Assembly (NCBI GenBank): GCA_963748215.1
Contig: CAVVHS010000001.1
Span: 12,539-76,538, forward strand
Length of the DNA stretch: 64,000 bases
Source: an uncultured Gammaproteobacteria bacterium
GTDB taxonomy: Bacteria > Pseudomonadota > Gammaproteobacteria > UBA9214
Direction: 5' to 3'
Under the pieces are notes generated by a model. The model made no database searches, was not told where the DNA came from, and was given only the letters and a program-made list of their open reading frames with translations. A program made the position numbers and the translations under genes. Shown here one piece after another: positions 11,701 to 19,708 of this stretch; the stretch's first letter is position 1, and each line of letters opens with the position of its first letter.

Positions 11701-13558
11701 CATCGTGAGTCTACTGAACGCGGTGTCACATCGCAGCCTGCACCGGCGTTTGCACCATGAACGTCTGCGCGAGGTCTTTCGCCGCATCGAGACAGATGCC
11801 GGAGACAAGCTGTTACCGGTGGTTCAGGTCTCGACCTTCAGCTGTGGCCCGGACAGTGTCACCGCGCACTATATCTCCGAGATCATGAAACAGCGGCCAT
11901 TTCTGCTGATCCAGTCCGACGCCGTCATAAAGGAACTGGCGCATCTCGAAAACCGTGTAAATACCTATGTGAAGCAGCTCGAGCAGGGTTTGCACGGCAA
12001 GTTACATGTCGCAGGGCAGGAAGGCACCTTCGAGATGCGCAAGATCGACAGCCTGGCGAGTCATGAACCAATCAACCGCGAGACTGATGTGCTGTATTTC
12101 CCGACCCTGTCCGACAACCGCACGCTGTGCGCCGTGCTGCGCGGTGCAGGCTATACCTGCATCGATAACTATGACGATGCGACCTATGATCTGCAGGAGC
12201 TGGTCAAGGCCGGCCGCAAGGTGGCCGGTGATTCAGCCTGCACGCCGCTGGCTAGCATCTATGCCGACCTGCTTAGGTCACAGGAAGACTTTGTCCGGCG
12301 CAAGCAGGCCGGTGATCCCCTGCTTGCCGGAAAAAAGCGGCTGCTGTTCTATGACAGTCAGGGCACAGGACCGTGCCGTCAGGGCCAGTACCCGCATGTC
12401 CATAAACTGCTGCTTTACCGGTCCGCAACCGGCAGGAAGGCCGCTGACATAGACCATCCGTCCTGCAATGCGCTGCCCGGCGGAGGCATCTTCCAGTTCC
12501 TGATTGCCAAGGAGACCGATGGCTACAATGCCGGGTTCGAGGAGTGGGTGCTGCTGAGAGCCTACCAGGGCGCGATCCTGCAGGGGGTGCTGCATGGGCT
12601 GCTGTTCAAGGGCGCCGCTGTGTGCCGGGATTACGAGGAATACCAGCGTTTCCTCGCCGACTACCGGGCGCTCAAGCGCGAGATCAACGGACTGCTGGAG
12701 TCCTACCATGGCCCCGGCTCAGCGGGGCGCCGACTGCTCGGGACCATCGGTCTGGACAATCCCTTCAGCATTCCGTTTAAGTACCTGCTCTATCGTTTGC
12801 ATGGTCGGGAGTTCGCCAGGCCACTCAGGCGTTTTGCCGATACCTGGATCACGCCGCGACCACCGCCCGAAAAACCGCTGAGAATCTTTATCTCCGGTGA
12901 GGTCTACATGCGGGTATCCCAGGCCGAGGATATCCTGCGGATGCTGCTTGCCACGCTCGGATTCGGGCGTTTCACTCTCGGGCTGACGCCGTTGATGAGT
13001 TACCTGGAATACATGCTCGACGAAGCGGAGCTGATCAGCCTGGCTGCCATCGAGGTAGCCGAATCCGACGCCCGGCGCAAGGGTCGTTCGGACGGGCAGC
13101 ATGACCCGGACGCCATCCTGCAGCGGGAAAGACGCATGCTGCACAGTATCAGGCTGAAACGGTTCATGTTGCGACACATACTGGCGCGCCCTCTGTTCAA
13201 GGCGGCGAATCTGAAGATGCCCACGGCCAGCGCCGAGCTGATCGAGATCTCGAAGGAGCTGTTGCCCACACAACGGCCGGTCGGGGAACTGGCGCCCTAC
13301 GTAGGTGAAGCACTCCTGGAGTTGCGTGACGGCATCGATGTGGTGCTGAACGTGGGGCCAAACGGCTGCATGGTTTCCTCGATGGGCGAAGTGCTGACAC
13401 CGAGGATCATGCAGGCGAGCGGTGCGAAGTCGGGTCGAATACAGAACCTGTTCTCCGCCGATGGCGATGTCAATGAGGAACTGCTGACGCTGGTGACCCT
13501 GAAAGCGATGGGGCCGGAGCGGTACTACAACACAAAGTATGCCGTGCAGACCGCATGA
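8741..13558 (+). CDS. Large fusion of two BadF/BcrAD-type activator domains with DUF2229 and dehydratase/reductase-like domains (PlsAR/Ger-like); GTG 8711 is an alternative start
   Basis: LGLDVGSTMAK, IDIGGEDTK, MNLKCSAGTG, NATCAVF; first repeat keeps NPRCGAGSG and RCGVFA; later STFSCGPDS, GPCRQGQY, GEVYMR, GPNGCM. Confidence 0.82.
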   Translation: MDDTVHNDAQAPPVWNQQHGTADLFIDAGVRHLRLRACGGDGSVLFDDVLPGNRDLRELFAAYRIGERFGDGANARVYITGKLAGTVHDTLGYGKVILPAALFWMAARDLLALPENSGVTTLAMLDLSASGYLLVGIDRSGALKDDLLLLNPRCGAGSGINLDRVLQKLALRREEVDPLLSAYLGEAGRERREGVSVRADRCGVFASSATISDKNQGIPLDIALATTLKSEVLKACRKLPGGYEKVCLTGRIFRWQYARDCAEDWLRANSVQAIAFDTENTQVLESLRTMVQRIGADSLAQPDRRLIAHGEPEEYPSFTELKSRYEANGRYLRMADEPLPPYTPQRLSEHPVILGLDVGSTMAKAVLADAVSGESLFMTAYSNAGDTIETVKQLFRDLRASGVEQLQIRSIGITGSARYQVQQALARIYPVLGERISVLVENYAHARGSIEHARRHVRRLKEQGCTDINEQFCILIDIGGEDTKISTIALEQAELFDNAMNLKCSAGTGSLMDTLSSMFESGSIAEACEQAYLAPRSFAINATCAVFLMENASKLQAQGVPRDQILASANWAIVENMARSLWTQLELPGNAVVLLHGQTMLSEPLPLAVTHRLQTYLGQPAYALVPPNPGHRACIGLIRTLQQASLPGFAYVRLDDFIDTRFQKHVIVCKGAACGDPAARCNRCSLKCHGTDGEKISFTLGGCTAINELLGRKEKHQTPIKPPRDAYKEIWDFIDSQHPRSEDPRRLVIPRSFVVSEWAFFLARIFVQLGIPVHVDTVREKDLTDAQPNLNIDTCAPQIGAVGQYQRLACEAHGMILVPQIETLPTGGKSRGLACTTNQGGVAVAMNLAGMACRAARFHIFHLNLDQLDAGYISAQLHGRLDVLFRFYGITPTADALYTVVEQALEDHQQLRRDAADLAAALAEEALAEGRQVALVVGREYILNPGIYDSHIRRLLRDKHMTVIPSYVLDMDLDEDFSHIYWRNPHFIVSLLNAVSHRSLHRRLHHERLREVFRRIETDAGDKLLPVVQVSTFSCGPDSVTAHYISEIMKQRPFLLIQSDAVIKELAHLENRVNTYVKQLEQGLHGKLHVAGQEGTFEMRKIDSLASHEPINRETDVLYFPTLSDNRTLCAVLRGAGYTCIDNYDDATYDLQELVKAGRKVAGDSACTPLASIYADLLRSQEDFVRRKQAGDPLLAGKKRLLFYDSQGTGPCRQGQYPHVHKLLLYRSATGRKAADIDHPSCNALPGGGIFQFLIAKETDGYNAGFEEWVLLRAYQGAILQGVLHGLLFKGAAVCRDYEEYQRFLADYRALKREINGLLESYHGPGSAGRRLLGTIGLDNPFSIPFKYLLYRLHGREFARPLRRFADTWITPRPPPEKPLRIFISGEVYMRVSQAEDILRMLLATLGFGRFTLGLTPLMSYLEYMLDEAELISLAAIEVAESDARRKGRSDGQHDPDAILQRERRMLHSIRLKRFMLRHILARPLFKAANLKMPTASAELIEISKELLPTQRPVGELAPYVGEALLELRDGIDVVLNVGPNGCMVSSMGEVLTPRIMQASGAKSGRIQNLFSADGDVNEELLTLVTLKAMGPERYYNTKYAVQTA

Positions 13559-13933
13559 CGGCACGGCTGACCACGTCGGGCGATTGCCGTTGTACAAGTA
13601 CCGATCGGGATTGGGACCGTAAATCTCCAGTATCGTCCGGATACCCGTCTGTTATGCCGCAATCCCGCCTCGGTGGGGGGGATTGCCTGGGCAAGATGAA
13701 GCATTTCGAAAGCGCAAACTGACGGTTTTATCTGCTGGAAATACCGCAGCGTGACGGGCATCCATGACTATCTCCGGCCACGTTCCTGGGGGGCGAAGCA
13801 GGCGTTCCAGGCCCTGAAAACAATCGTTATCAGGAGCAGTGCCGTGTGATCTCAATGAGTTATTAAGGTCCGACCCTGAGGTCACTTGATTCCGAGAAGT
13901 TAGTCACGCCAGTAGCTGGCAGCGGCCCGGCAG

Positions 13934-15301
13934 TTATTCCGTCCCGGTGCGTTCGTCAGTTTGGATATTCCATGCAGTTATCTCGATGCCAAGTTGCGTA
14001 ACTCTGGAATTGATATCCTCAAGCACACCGTCAAGGAGAGTAGTGCGATGAGGTTCCTTGTCAACGCCGAGTTCCACAGTGCCGGTACTGAGCAGGCTTT
14101 GTATATCGTCCTGACCCAGCTTCGCAACCCGGTATCGCAGGATCTCATTTACCAGTTCATCAACCTTCATGTCGACGAGCTGTGATTGACCAGCTGTCGT
14201 TCGTGCATAGATATCCGTATCCACCACTCGCCATTGGGTGTCGTACTTCAAGGACAGCATATCCTTGGTCAGGGTAAGGAAACGGCCCGCTCCTCCAGTA
14301 CGGAACACGTCCTGTGTTTCAAGCGGTTGCGCGTCCTCGATCAGGGGTATCTTGAGCCGGATACCCGGCTCTGACTCGATGCGTACTGGCTTGCCGTATC
14401 TGGATATCAGGATTCTCTCTCCGGGTCCCACCTGGTATATCGCATTCCATACTGCGACACAGCCGAGGCCTACCAGCACTACCAAAGCCGCGGGCCACAG
14501 CCGGCGGGCGTTGAGGCCAGGCCGGCGGGCCATCGTGATGCGGTTTACGGCCGGTAGTTGCTGGTCCGACAGGGACCGGTACGACAGGGCAAGTATCGAC
14601 AACAGCACCAGCACGAAATAGGTATTCAGCACATCGGCGACGATCTCAATCCATAGGGAGCTGGTGTCTTCTTCAAAGGCGAGGTACAGGATGCCGTTCA
14701 GTAAACCGGGAATGAATATCAGCAGTGAGAGGAGTCGCAGCCCGTTGCCCCGGGACAGGCGCCAGATGCGCCCGGTAGCGATATCGTGCCCCACTGCTAC
14801 GGCTGGAAGCATGAGGGCGAAACGCACCACCGGATATGCCGCAATGACAACCACCAGGATCCACAGTATGACCGTTCCAGTGGCAAGCCAGGGACTCGGG
14901 CTGGTGATAGCCAGCAGAAAAAAGGATATCGCCGGCAATACCATGTACAGCAGGATTGCCATGAGCGAGGCCATCAGGAGACTCACGATCACAAGAGCCA
15001 GGAGATAGAGTCCATAGCGCTGCCAGGGGGTTGGCTCGGACTCGCAAGCCGTGGCACCCAGCAGCAGATGACGTTGAAAGTCCGCAGCACACCAGGCGAT
15101 CGCAGCCCATGCAGGCAGCAGGGTCAGTGATACCGCCGTCCCGTCCCACTGAAAATAGTTGCCCGCAAGCGGGAACAGGCAGGAGATGACCAGTGCGAGC
15201 AGGGGTCTCGCAAGCGCTTTCCAGGATGCCGCCTCGAGGACGAATGGCGCGAAAAGGGCATCTCCGAGAATCTTCCAGCTGGCTAGTTTACGGGTCGGCA
15301 T
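13934..15301 (-). CDS. Multi-pass membrane protein fused to a truncated HflC-like SPFH domain
   Basis: About 6 hydrophobic segments, then TM plus VGPGERILISRYGKPVRIESEPGIRLKIP...WRVVD...LGIEI (SPFH pattern). Confidence 0.7.
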   Translation of the reverse strand: MPTRKLASWKILGDALFAPFVLEAASWKALARPLLALVISCLFPLAGNYFQWDGTAVSLTLLPAWAAIAWCAADFQRHLLLGATACESEPTPWQRYGLYLLALVIVSLLMASLMAILLYMVLPAISFFLLAITSPSPWLATGTVILWILVVVIAAYPVVRFALMLPAVAVGHDIATGRIWRLSRGNGLRLLSLLIFIPGLLNGILYLAFEEDTSSLWIEIVADVLNTYFVLVLLSILALSYRSLSDQQLPAVNRITMARRPGLNARRLWPAALVVLVGLGCVAVWNAIYQVGPGERILISRYGKPVRIESEPGIRLKIPLIEDAQPLETQDVFRTGGAGRFLTLTKDMLSLKYDTQWRVVDTDIYARTTAGQSQLVDMKVDELVNEILRYRVAKLGQDDIQSLLSTGTVELGVDKEPHRTTLLDGVLEDINSRVTQLGIEITAWNIQTDERTGTE

Positions 15302-15676
15302 GATTGTTCGCTCCCCTGGTCAAGCAGACGCAATCGGGCAAGGTTTTGATGAAATCCATGGCGCGCAGGCAACAGCAATACGGACCGCAGGTATTTTCCC
15401 CATCATTGCCTGCCGGAGACTGATTGGCAGACCCGCGGCTCCGGGCCAGACCGTCTGGTCAACGCTAATCACTATCCATCGGAACAATCCGGAATTACTA
15501 CACAAATGCGCATCATATTGCCGTGGCCACCGAATAAGGGGCCGGATACATTTTCTGACCATCCTCTAGGAAGCTGGTAATAAGCAACCAATACGGTGGT
15601 GTCTGAGCCGCCTTTTTTCATTGTTGGTGTGGCTCCGTAGTTGCTGCACATCTGAGACCTTCACGAGTAAATCGGG

Positions 15677-15858
15677 AATGATCGGTTCTGGCCGATCCTG
15701 GCCCTGCACGAGACGCTTATATAAGATTTCGCTAACCAGCAGAAGTCGACTGCCCAAAGGCGACATTCCCCATATTCCTGTGTATGTCTCGAGCGTACTG
15801 AAGTCAGAAGTTCAGTAACCGGATACGGATCGACAATCTTCGACCCAAAGCAGAAGTT
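15677..15858. repeat. Cluster A of 12-6-12 imperfect palindromic sites (4 units)
   Basis: Units start at 15677, 15738, 15783, 15829, e.g. ATCGACAATCTT-CGACCC-AAAGCAGAAGTT. Confidence 0.6.
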
Positions 15859-15965
15859 TAGCGTTTGGTAAAATACCACGTACGGGTATAGTTTTTGACT
15901 AATCGGTTACAATGACAAAAGAAGACTGGTAATAATAACAATTAAGGAGTTTCGGATATTATCCC

Positions 15966-16587
15966 ATGAATAAATCACAACTGATTGGTGCACTTATTGC
16001 CACTGTCTTATCCTTAATCTCATTGTCAAGCCATGCGGCACTGATATCCAGGCTGGGCGGCCAAGCCGCCTACGACGATGTGTTGGGTATAACCTGGACA
16101 AACAATGCCGATATTGCCGGCCAAATGTCTTGGGATGATGCGAATACGTGGGCCAGCAACTTCGTTCTTGGGGGGGCAGGTTGGCGTCTTCCCGGCGCCG
16201 ATGTAAATGGTGATGAACTCGTGATTATCTGTGATGCTTTTACCGAGTCGGAATGTCGAGATAATGAATTGGATTATATATAAATATTATCTGAATTTCG
16301 GACTTACTGCCGGGTTTGACCGCACAGGTAACCAGACAGTTGGCTCCATAACACTGAACAATATCCCAGCGTTTCCGTGGTCAGCAACCGAATATGCACC
16401 TGATACAAGGCATGCCTGGTCATTCAGATTCGAGAATGGTGTTGTGACGACATTTTTTGATAAAGGTGTTCTGCTCTCTGCATGGGCTGTACATGATGGC
16501 GACATATTTCAAGTAGTGCCAATACCTGGATCTCTTTATTTGTTTGGTACTGGCCTGCTGTGGTTAATCGGGATAGCTAGACGCTAA
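15966..16587 (+). pseudogene. Secreted DUF1566/Lcl-like protein with PEP-CTERM-type sorting tail; frameshifted near 16280
   Basis: RBS AAGGAG, signal peptide, YDDVLGITW...GWRLP, WSATEY...AWSFRF...AWAVHDGD, VPIPGSLYLFGTGLLWLIGIARR; split across two frames at a (TA)4 tract. Confidence 0.82.
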
Positions 16588-16650
16588 ACTATGAAACACA
16601 GGCAGTACGTTTTAATGCATGTGTTGCGTCGATCGGTTGAGCTCATAGCC
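16581..16650 (+). mobile_element. IS30-family remnant (transposase C-terminus and right end)
   Basis: Translates TLNYETQAVRFNACVASIG*, like IS30-type C-termini (TLxYxTPAERFxxCVASTG*), followed by an IR-like end. Confidence 0.75.
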
Positions 16651-16818
16651 GATTTAGGAAATTTAAAAAGCTATTTCCTAACTATTGTTCAGGCAGCTGG
16701 GCGCGACACAATTTGCATTTCCAATCGGTATCCACTGATACGCGCCGCATAAGTAATTCTGATAAATAAATACTATTCGTATAGTCTATTACGAAATTGG
16801 AAGCGGCCAGGGGGTTAC

Positions 16819-17163
16819 ATGAGAATAATTTACATGATTATGGCAATAGTCGTGGTGAGTCAACCGGTGTGCGCGAATGAGGTAAGCAAACAACTTGAAT
16901 CAATGTCTTCTTCAGAAAGAGCTAACGCGCTGGCTGGTTTTTTGCAACAAAGTGGTCGAGATTGCAGCAATGTCTTTCGCATCTTTCTGCAGGGCCATGA
17001 TAGCGAAGATGTCGCGTACTGGAATGTTACGTGTAGTAATGGGCAGTCTTATAATATCCTGGTTAACGCAAATCCAGAGGCCAATACTGTAATCGTGGAT
17101 TGTATCAATATGAAAGCTCTTGCAGGAATAGAGTGCTTCCAGAGATTTACAACAGCCAACTAA
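16819..17163 (+). CDS. Small secreted protein with four Cys in the mature part, function unknown
   Basis: GGGGG RBS, signal peptide, AT-rich codons, YWNVTCSNGQSY motif. Confidence 0.75.
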   Translation: MRIIYMIMAIVVVSQPVCANEVSKQLESMSSSERANALAGFLQQSGRDCSNVFRIFLQGHDSEDVAYWNVTCSNGQSYNILVNANPEANTVIVDCINMKALAGIECFQRFTTAN

Positions 17164-17286
17164 CGCGAGAGATTCGATTCTGTGCCATGTACTCATCAAC
17201 GACGTAATACGATCAAATGGAAGTACCCTGTAATCGCCTGGTCGCAACTCCATGGCCACGGGGCTTTCTGTACATGGGGTATGGGG

Positions 17287-17422
17287 AACGGCAAATTATG
17301 GCCGAACTCGGAAGCTCCTGGGAAAATACCCGAGTAATTTAGTCAGGTGACCGGCAACGACCCATTACTGCCGGACAGAGCTGATTCGTTGAATGGCGGA
17401 GCTATACTGCAAAGCGGACCTC
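17287..17422. repeat. Cluster B of 12-6-12 imperfect palindromic sites (3 units)
   Basis: AACGGCAAATTA-TGGCCG-AACTCGGAAGCT; GGTGACCGGCAA-CGACCC-ATTACTGCCGGA; ATGGCGGAGCTA-TACTGC-AAAGCGGACCTC. Confidence 0.6.
17326..17350. promoter_or_regulatory. IscR type-1-like binding site
   Basis: ATACCCGAGTAATTTAGTCAGGTGA matches ATASYYGACTRWWWYAGTCRRSTAT at 22/25 by hand count. Confidence 0.5.
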
Positions 17423-17544
17423 GCCGGACGGGGGCTGATTCGGTCCTGACAGGGACGACGGCAATTGCGCGTGACATCTCAGCCCGGGTTCAATTACCAT
17501 AATCTGCTTACGAATCAATAACGTATTTTTCGAGGGGTCGCCCC

Positions 17545-18030
17545 GTGAGTTCCACGAAATTCAGTGCCGTTACCAGCATCCTGCTTGGCGTAGCAGCGAT
17601 CATCCTGCCTTACCTTTTCGGGACCCTTGCGGTGATGATGCTCGGCGGCGTGATGTTGTTCAGCGGCATCGTGGCGGTGCTCTACGCCAATGCCGCACGT
17701 AAGGAGGGAATTCGCGTCAGTGTTTTCGCCCCGTGGGTACAAGTGATCGCCGGCGTGGTTATCCTGATCTGGCCGGGACTGGCCTTATGGATGGTGGCCA
17801 TCATTCTTGGAGGTGGTCTTATCCTCGGCGGCATCGCCGGCCTGACGGACCTGCGCGACGCAGGGTTGGTCAACCCTCCCGTGTATCGCAAGATCGAACT
17901 ATGGTCGAGCATCGTACTTGGCGCACTGCTAATCGTTTTGGGAGGCGCAGGCTCCGCCATTCTGCTCGGGGTGGTCCTCGGCATCGCCTTGATCAGTACC
18001 GGCCTTCAACAGTGGCGCCTGGCTGCTTAG
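17545..18030 (+). CDS. HdeD/DUF308-like membrane protein
   Basis: Six short Gly-rich TM segments in the HdeD pattern; GAGG RBS, GTG start. Confidence 0.75.
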   Translation: MSSTKFSAVTSILLGVAAIILPYLFGTLAVMMLGGVMLFSGIVAVLYANAARKEGIRVSVFAPWVQVIAGVVILIWPGLALWMVAIILGGGLILGGIAGLTDLRDAGLVNPPVYRKIELWSSIVLGALLIVLGGAGSAILLGVVLGIALISTGLQQWRLAA

Positions 18031-18177
18031 CCCGCATTTCTCGCCGGGATAGGCGCCGCCCGATGACACACCGTTTGTTACTGAATGGGCATCACTTTCA
18101 TGATTTCAATTCTTTATGTCCGTCAACAGCCGCCCGGTGAGAAATGCGGGCTAGGTGCTTGACCAGAGGAATTCGCC

Positions 18178-18504
18178 ATGGAAAAGCAATTATTGCGGTT
18201 GCGTGTATTCGCGGCAGGCATGCTGCTGATTGTGGTTTCAGCCACACAGGCAGATGAAATCTGCTCGGATCAAATCGAATTTGAAAAAAACGGTTGGCAG
18301 CTGAGACCGGTGCAGCAGGCGATGGATATTTATCTGCGGGATCATCGCATGCGAGTGAACTGGCTGAAAGAACCCCGGCCACCCAGTGCGGTGGGCAGGG
18401 ATTATTATGAATGGCTCTGGATCGATGAATTCGGTGCAAGGATGAAAGCTGAACTGGTACAGCGTTACTGCGCCGGCGCGGCGGATTCCGGCGCCAGGGA
18501 ATAG
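18178..18504 (+). CDS. Hypothetical secreted protein
   Basis: GAGGA RBS, signal peptide ending ATQA, two Cys. Confidence 0.6.
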   Translation: MEKQLLRLRVFAAGMLLIVVSATQADEICSDQIEFEKNGWQLRPVQQAMDIYLRDHRMRVNWLKEPRPPSAVGRDYYEWLWIDEFGARMKAELVQRYCAGAADSGARE

Positions 18505-18559
18505 TGTCAGAAACAGCCTTCCGCCATCGTGTTGGCTGCAGTTACTCGCTGCCGGGATT

Positions 18560-18631
18560 GCATTGACTGCATGGCAGTTCGGTTCCGGTCTGCCGGGCCT
18601 GATCGGGATAGCAAGACGAAAGATTGCTGCA
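18560..18631 (+). pseudogene. Orphan PEP-CTERM-type tail remnant
   Basis: AWQFGSGLPGLIGIARRKIAA resembles AWLFGSGLLGLIGIARRKxAA tails; no upstream gene body. Confidence 0.65.
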
Positions 18632-18787
18632 TATGCGGCCGTCCGCTGTGGGTGCCGGCATGTCATCGGCAAACGGCTCGACGCCGGGCAGGGGTCCCTG
18701 GGTGAAGCTGATGGCCAGCGGCATGTTCTGCAGCCAAAGCGCGTTGACCAGGTCCTCGGCGATTTTCCGGTTGTCCTGTTGTGACAT
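18632..18787 (-). pseudogene. 5' fragment of a conserved gene (DUF169-like N-terminus)
   Basis: CAGGAG RBS, MSQQDNRKIAEDLVNALWLQNMPLAISF...MPAPTADGR, then runs into the PEP-CTERM remnant on the opposite strand. Confidence 0.5.
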
Positions 18788-18818
18788 GCTGCACTCCTGT
18801 TTGTTAACTATTGATGAA

Positions 18819-18895
18819 TGGCCACGGGAGCACACGGAATGACACGGAATGAATTTATGCGCGTTTCCGTGTCGTTCCGTGTGCTCCCGTGGCTA
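18819..18895. repeat. CCACGG-CACACGGAA-GACACGGAA long hairpin
   Basis: GCCACGGGAGCACACGGAATGACACGGAA ... TTCCGTGTCGTTCCGTGTGCTCCCGTGGC near-perfect inverted repeat. Confidence 0.88.
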
Positions 18896-18969
18896 TACAT
18901 TTGTTGTACGATGCAAAAACGCGGCACTGAATCCGGTTTTCTCTGTAATTGTCCGTACCGGAGTTTCGG

Positions 18970-19677
18970 TCATTGTTCCAGCAACGGCTGCAGCCAGCGC
19001 TCATACAGTACATCCGCCACCTGCTGCGCGCCACGGATGCGGGCATCGATATCGTCTGTCATCTGCGCCGCGCTCTGCACCGTGGGGCCGGGCGCATCGA
19101 GTTCGTGTCGATACCGCTGCGCCCATTCGCCGACCATGGGTGCAAGCATTTCGACATGGCACTGCAGGGCCAGTGTGTTGCCGATGACGAATGCCTGGTG
19201 ACTGCAATGCTCGCTTTCGAGTATGCACTCGGCACCCGCCGGTATGGAGAAGGTTTCGCCATGCCAGTGAAACAGGATGGCCTCGTCCGGTACACCCTGC
19301 AGCCAGCGCTGTGCCGTGGCGTTCGCGCGGCGGCGCACCGGGTGCCAGCCGATTTCCTTCACCGGGTTGCGGGTGACTGCTCCACCCAGTGCCTTGCTGA
19401 TAAGCTGGCCGCCGAGGCAGTGACCCAGCACTGGCAGATCAATCGCCTGCGCCTGGCGGATCAGGGCAAATTCCCTGTCAATCCAGGGCAGGGAGTCGTT
19501 GACGCTCATCGAGCCGCCCATGAATACCAGCCCGGAACAGTGCGCGAGCGATTCAGGTACGCTGTCACCGGCATCGATGGCGATCAGCTGCCAGGGAACA
19601 TCATGCCGTTCGAGCACCTCGGCCAGGTAACCGGGGCCTTCACAGTCGATATGGCGGAAGATGTACAGGGGTTTCAT
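18970..19677 (-). CDS. Type 1 glutamine amidotransferase (GMP-synthase-like)
   Basis: MGGSMSVND, LGHCLGGQL, HWHGETF, QCHVE. Confidence 0.92.
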   Translation of the reverse strand: MKPLYIFRHIDCEGPGYLAEVLERHDVPWQLIAIDAGDSVPESLAHCSGLVFMGGSMSVNDSLPWIDREFALIRQAQAIDLPVLGHCLGGQLISKALGGAVTRNPVKEIGWHPVRRRANATAQRWLQGVPDEAILFHWHGETFSIPAGAECILESEHCSHQAFVIGNTLALQCHVEMLAPMVGEWAQRYRHELDAPGPTVQSAAQMTDDIDARIRGAQQVADVLYERWLQPLLEQ

Positions 19678-19708
19678 AATCGGTCGATGTATTTCGCAGA
19701 TGGACGCG

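Noticed and set aside
15320-15879. Short ORFs in the 15.3-15.9 kb gap
   Set aside because: No RBS or recognisable motifs; several overlap the palindromic-site cluster.
16370-16505. Diversity-generating retroelement variable repeat in the DUF1566-like gene
   Set aside because: No reverse transcriptase, avd gene or template repeat in the window.
15677-17422. CRISPR array
   Set aside because: Units are far too divergent, spacers are short and uneven, and there are no cas genes.
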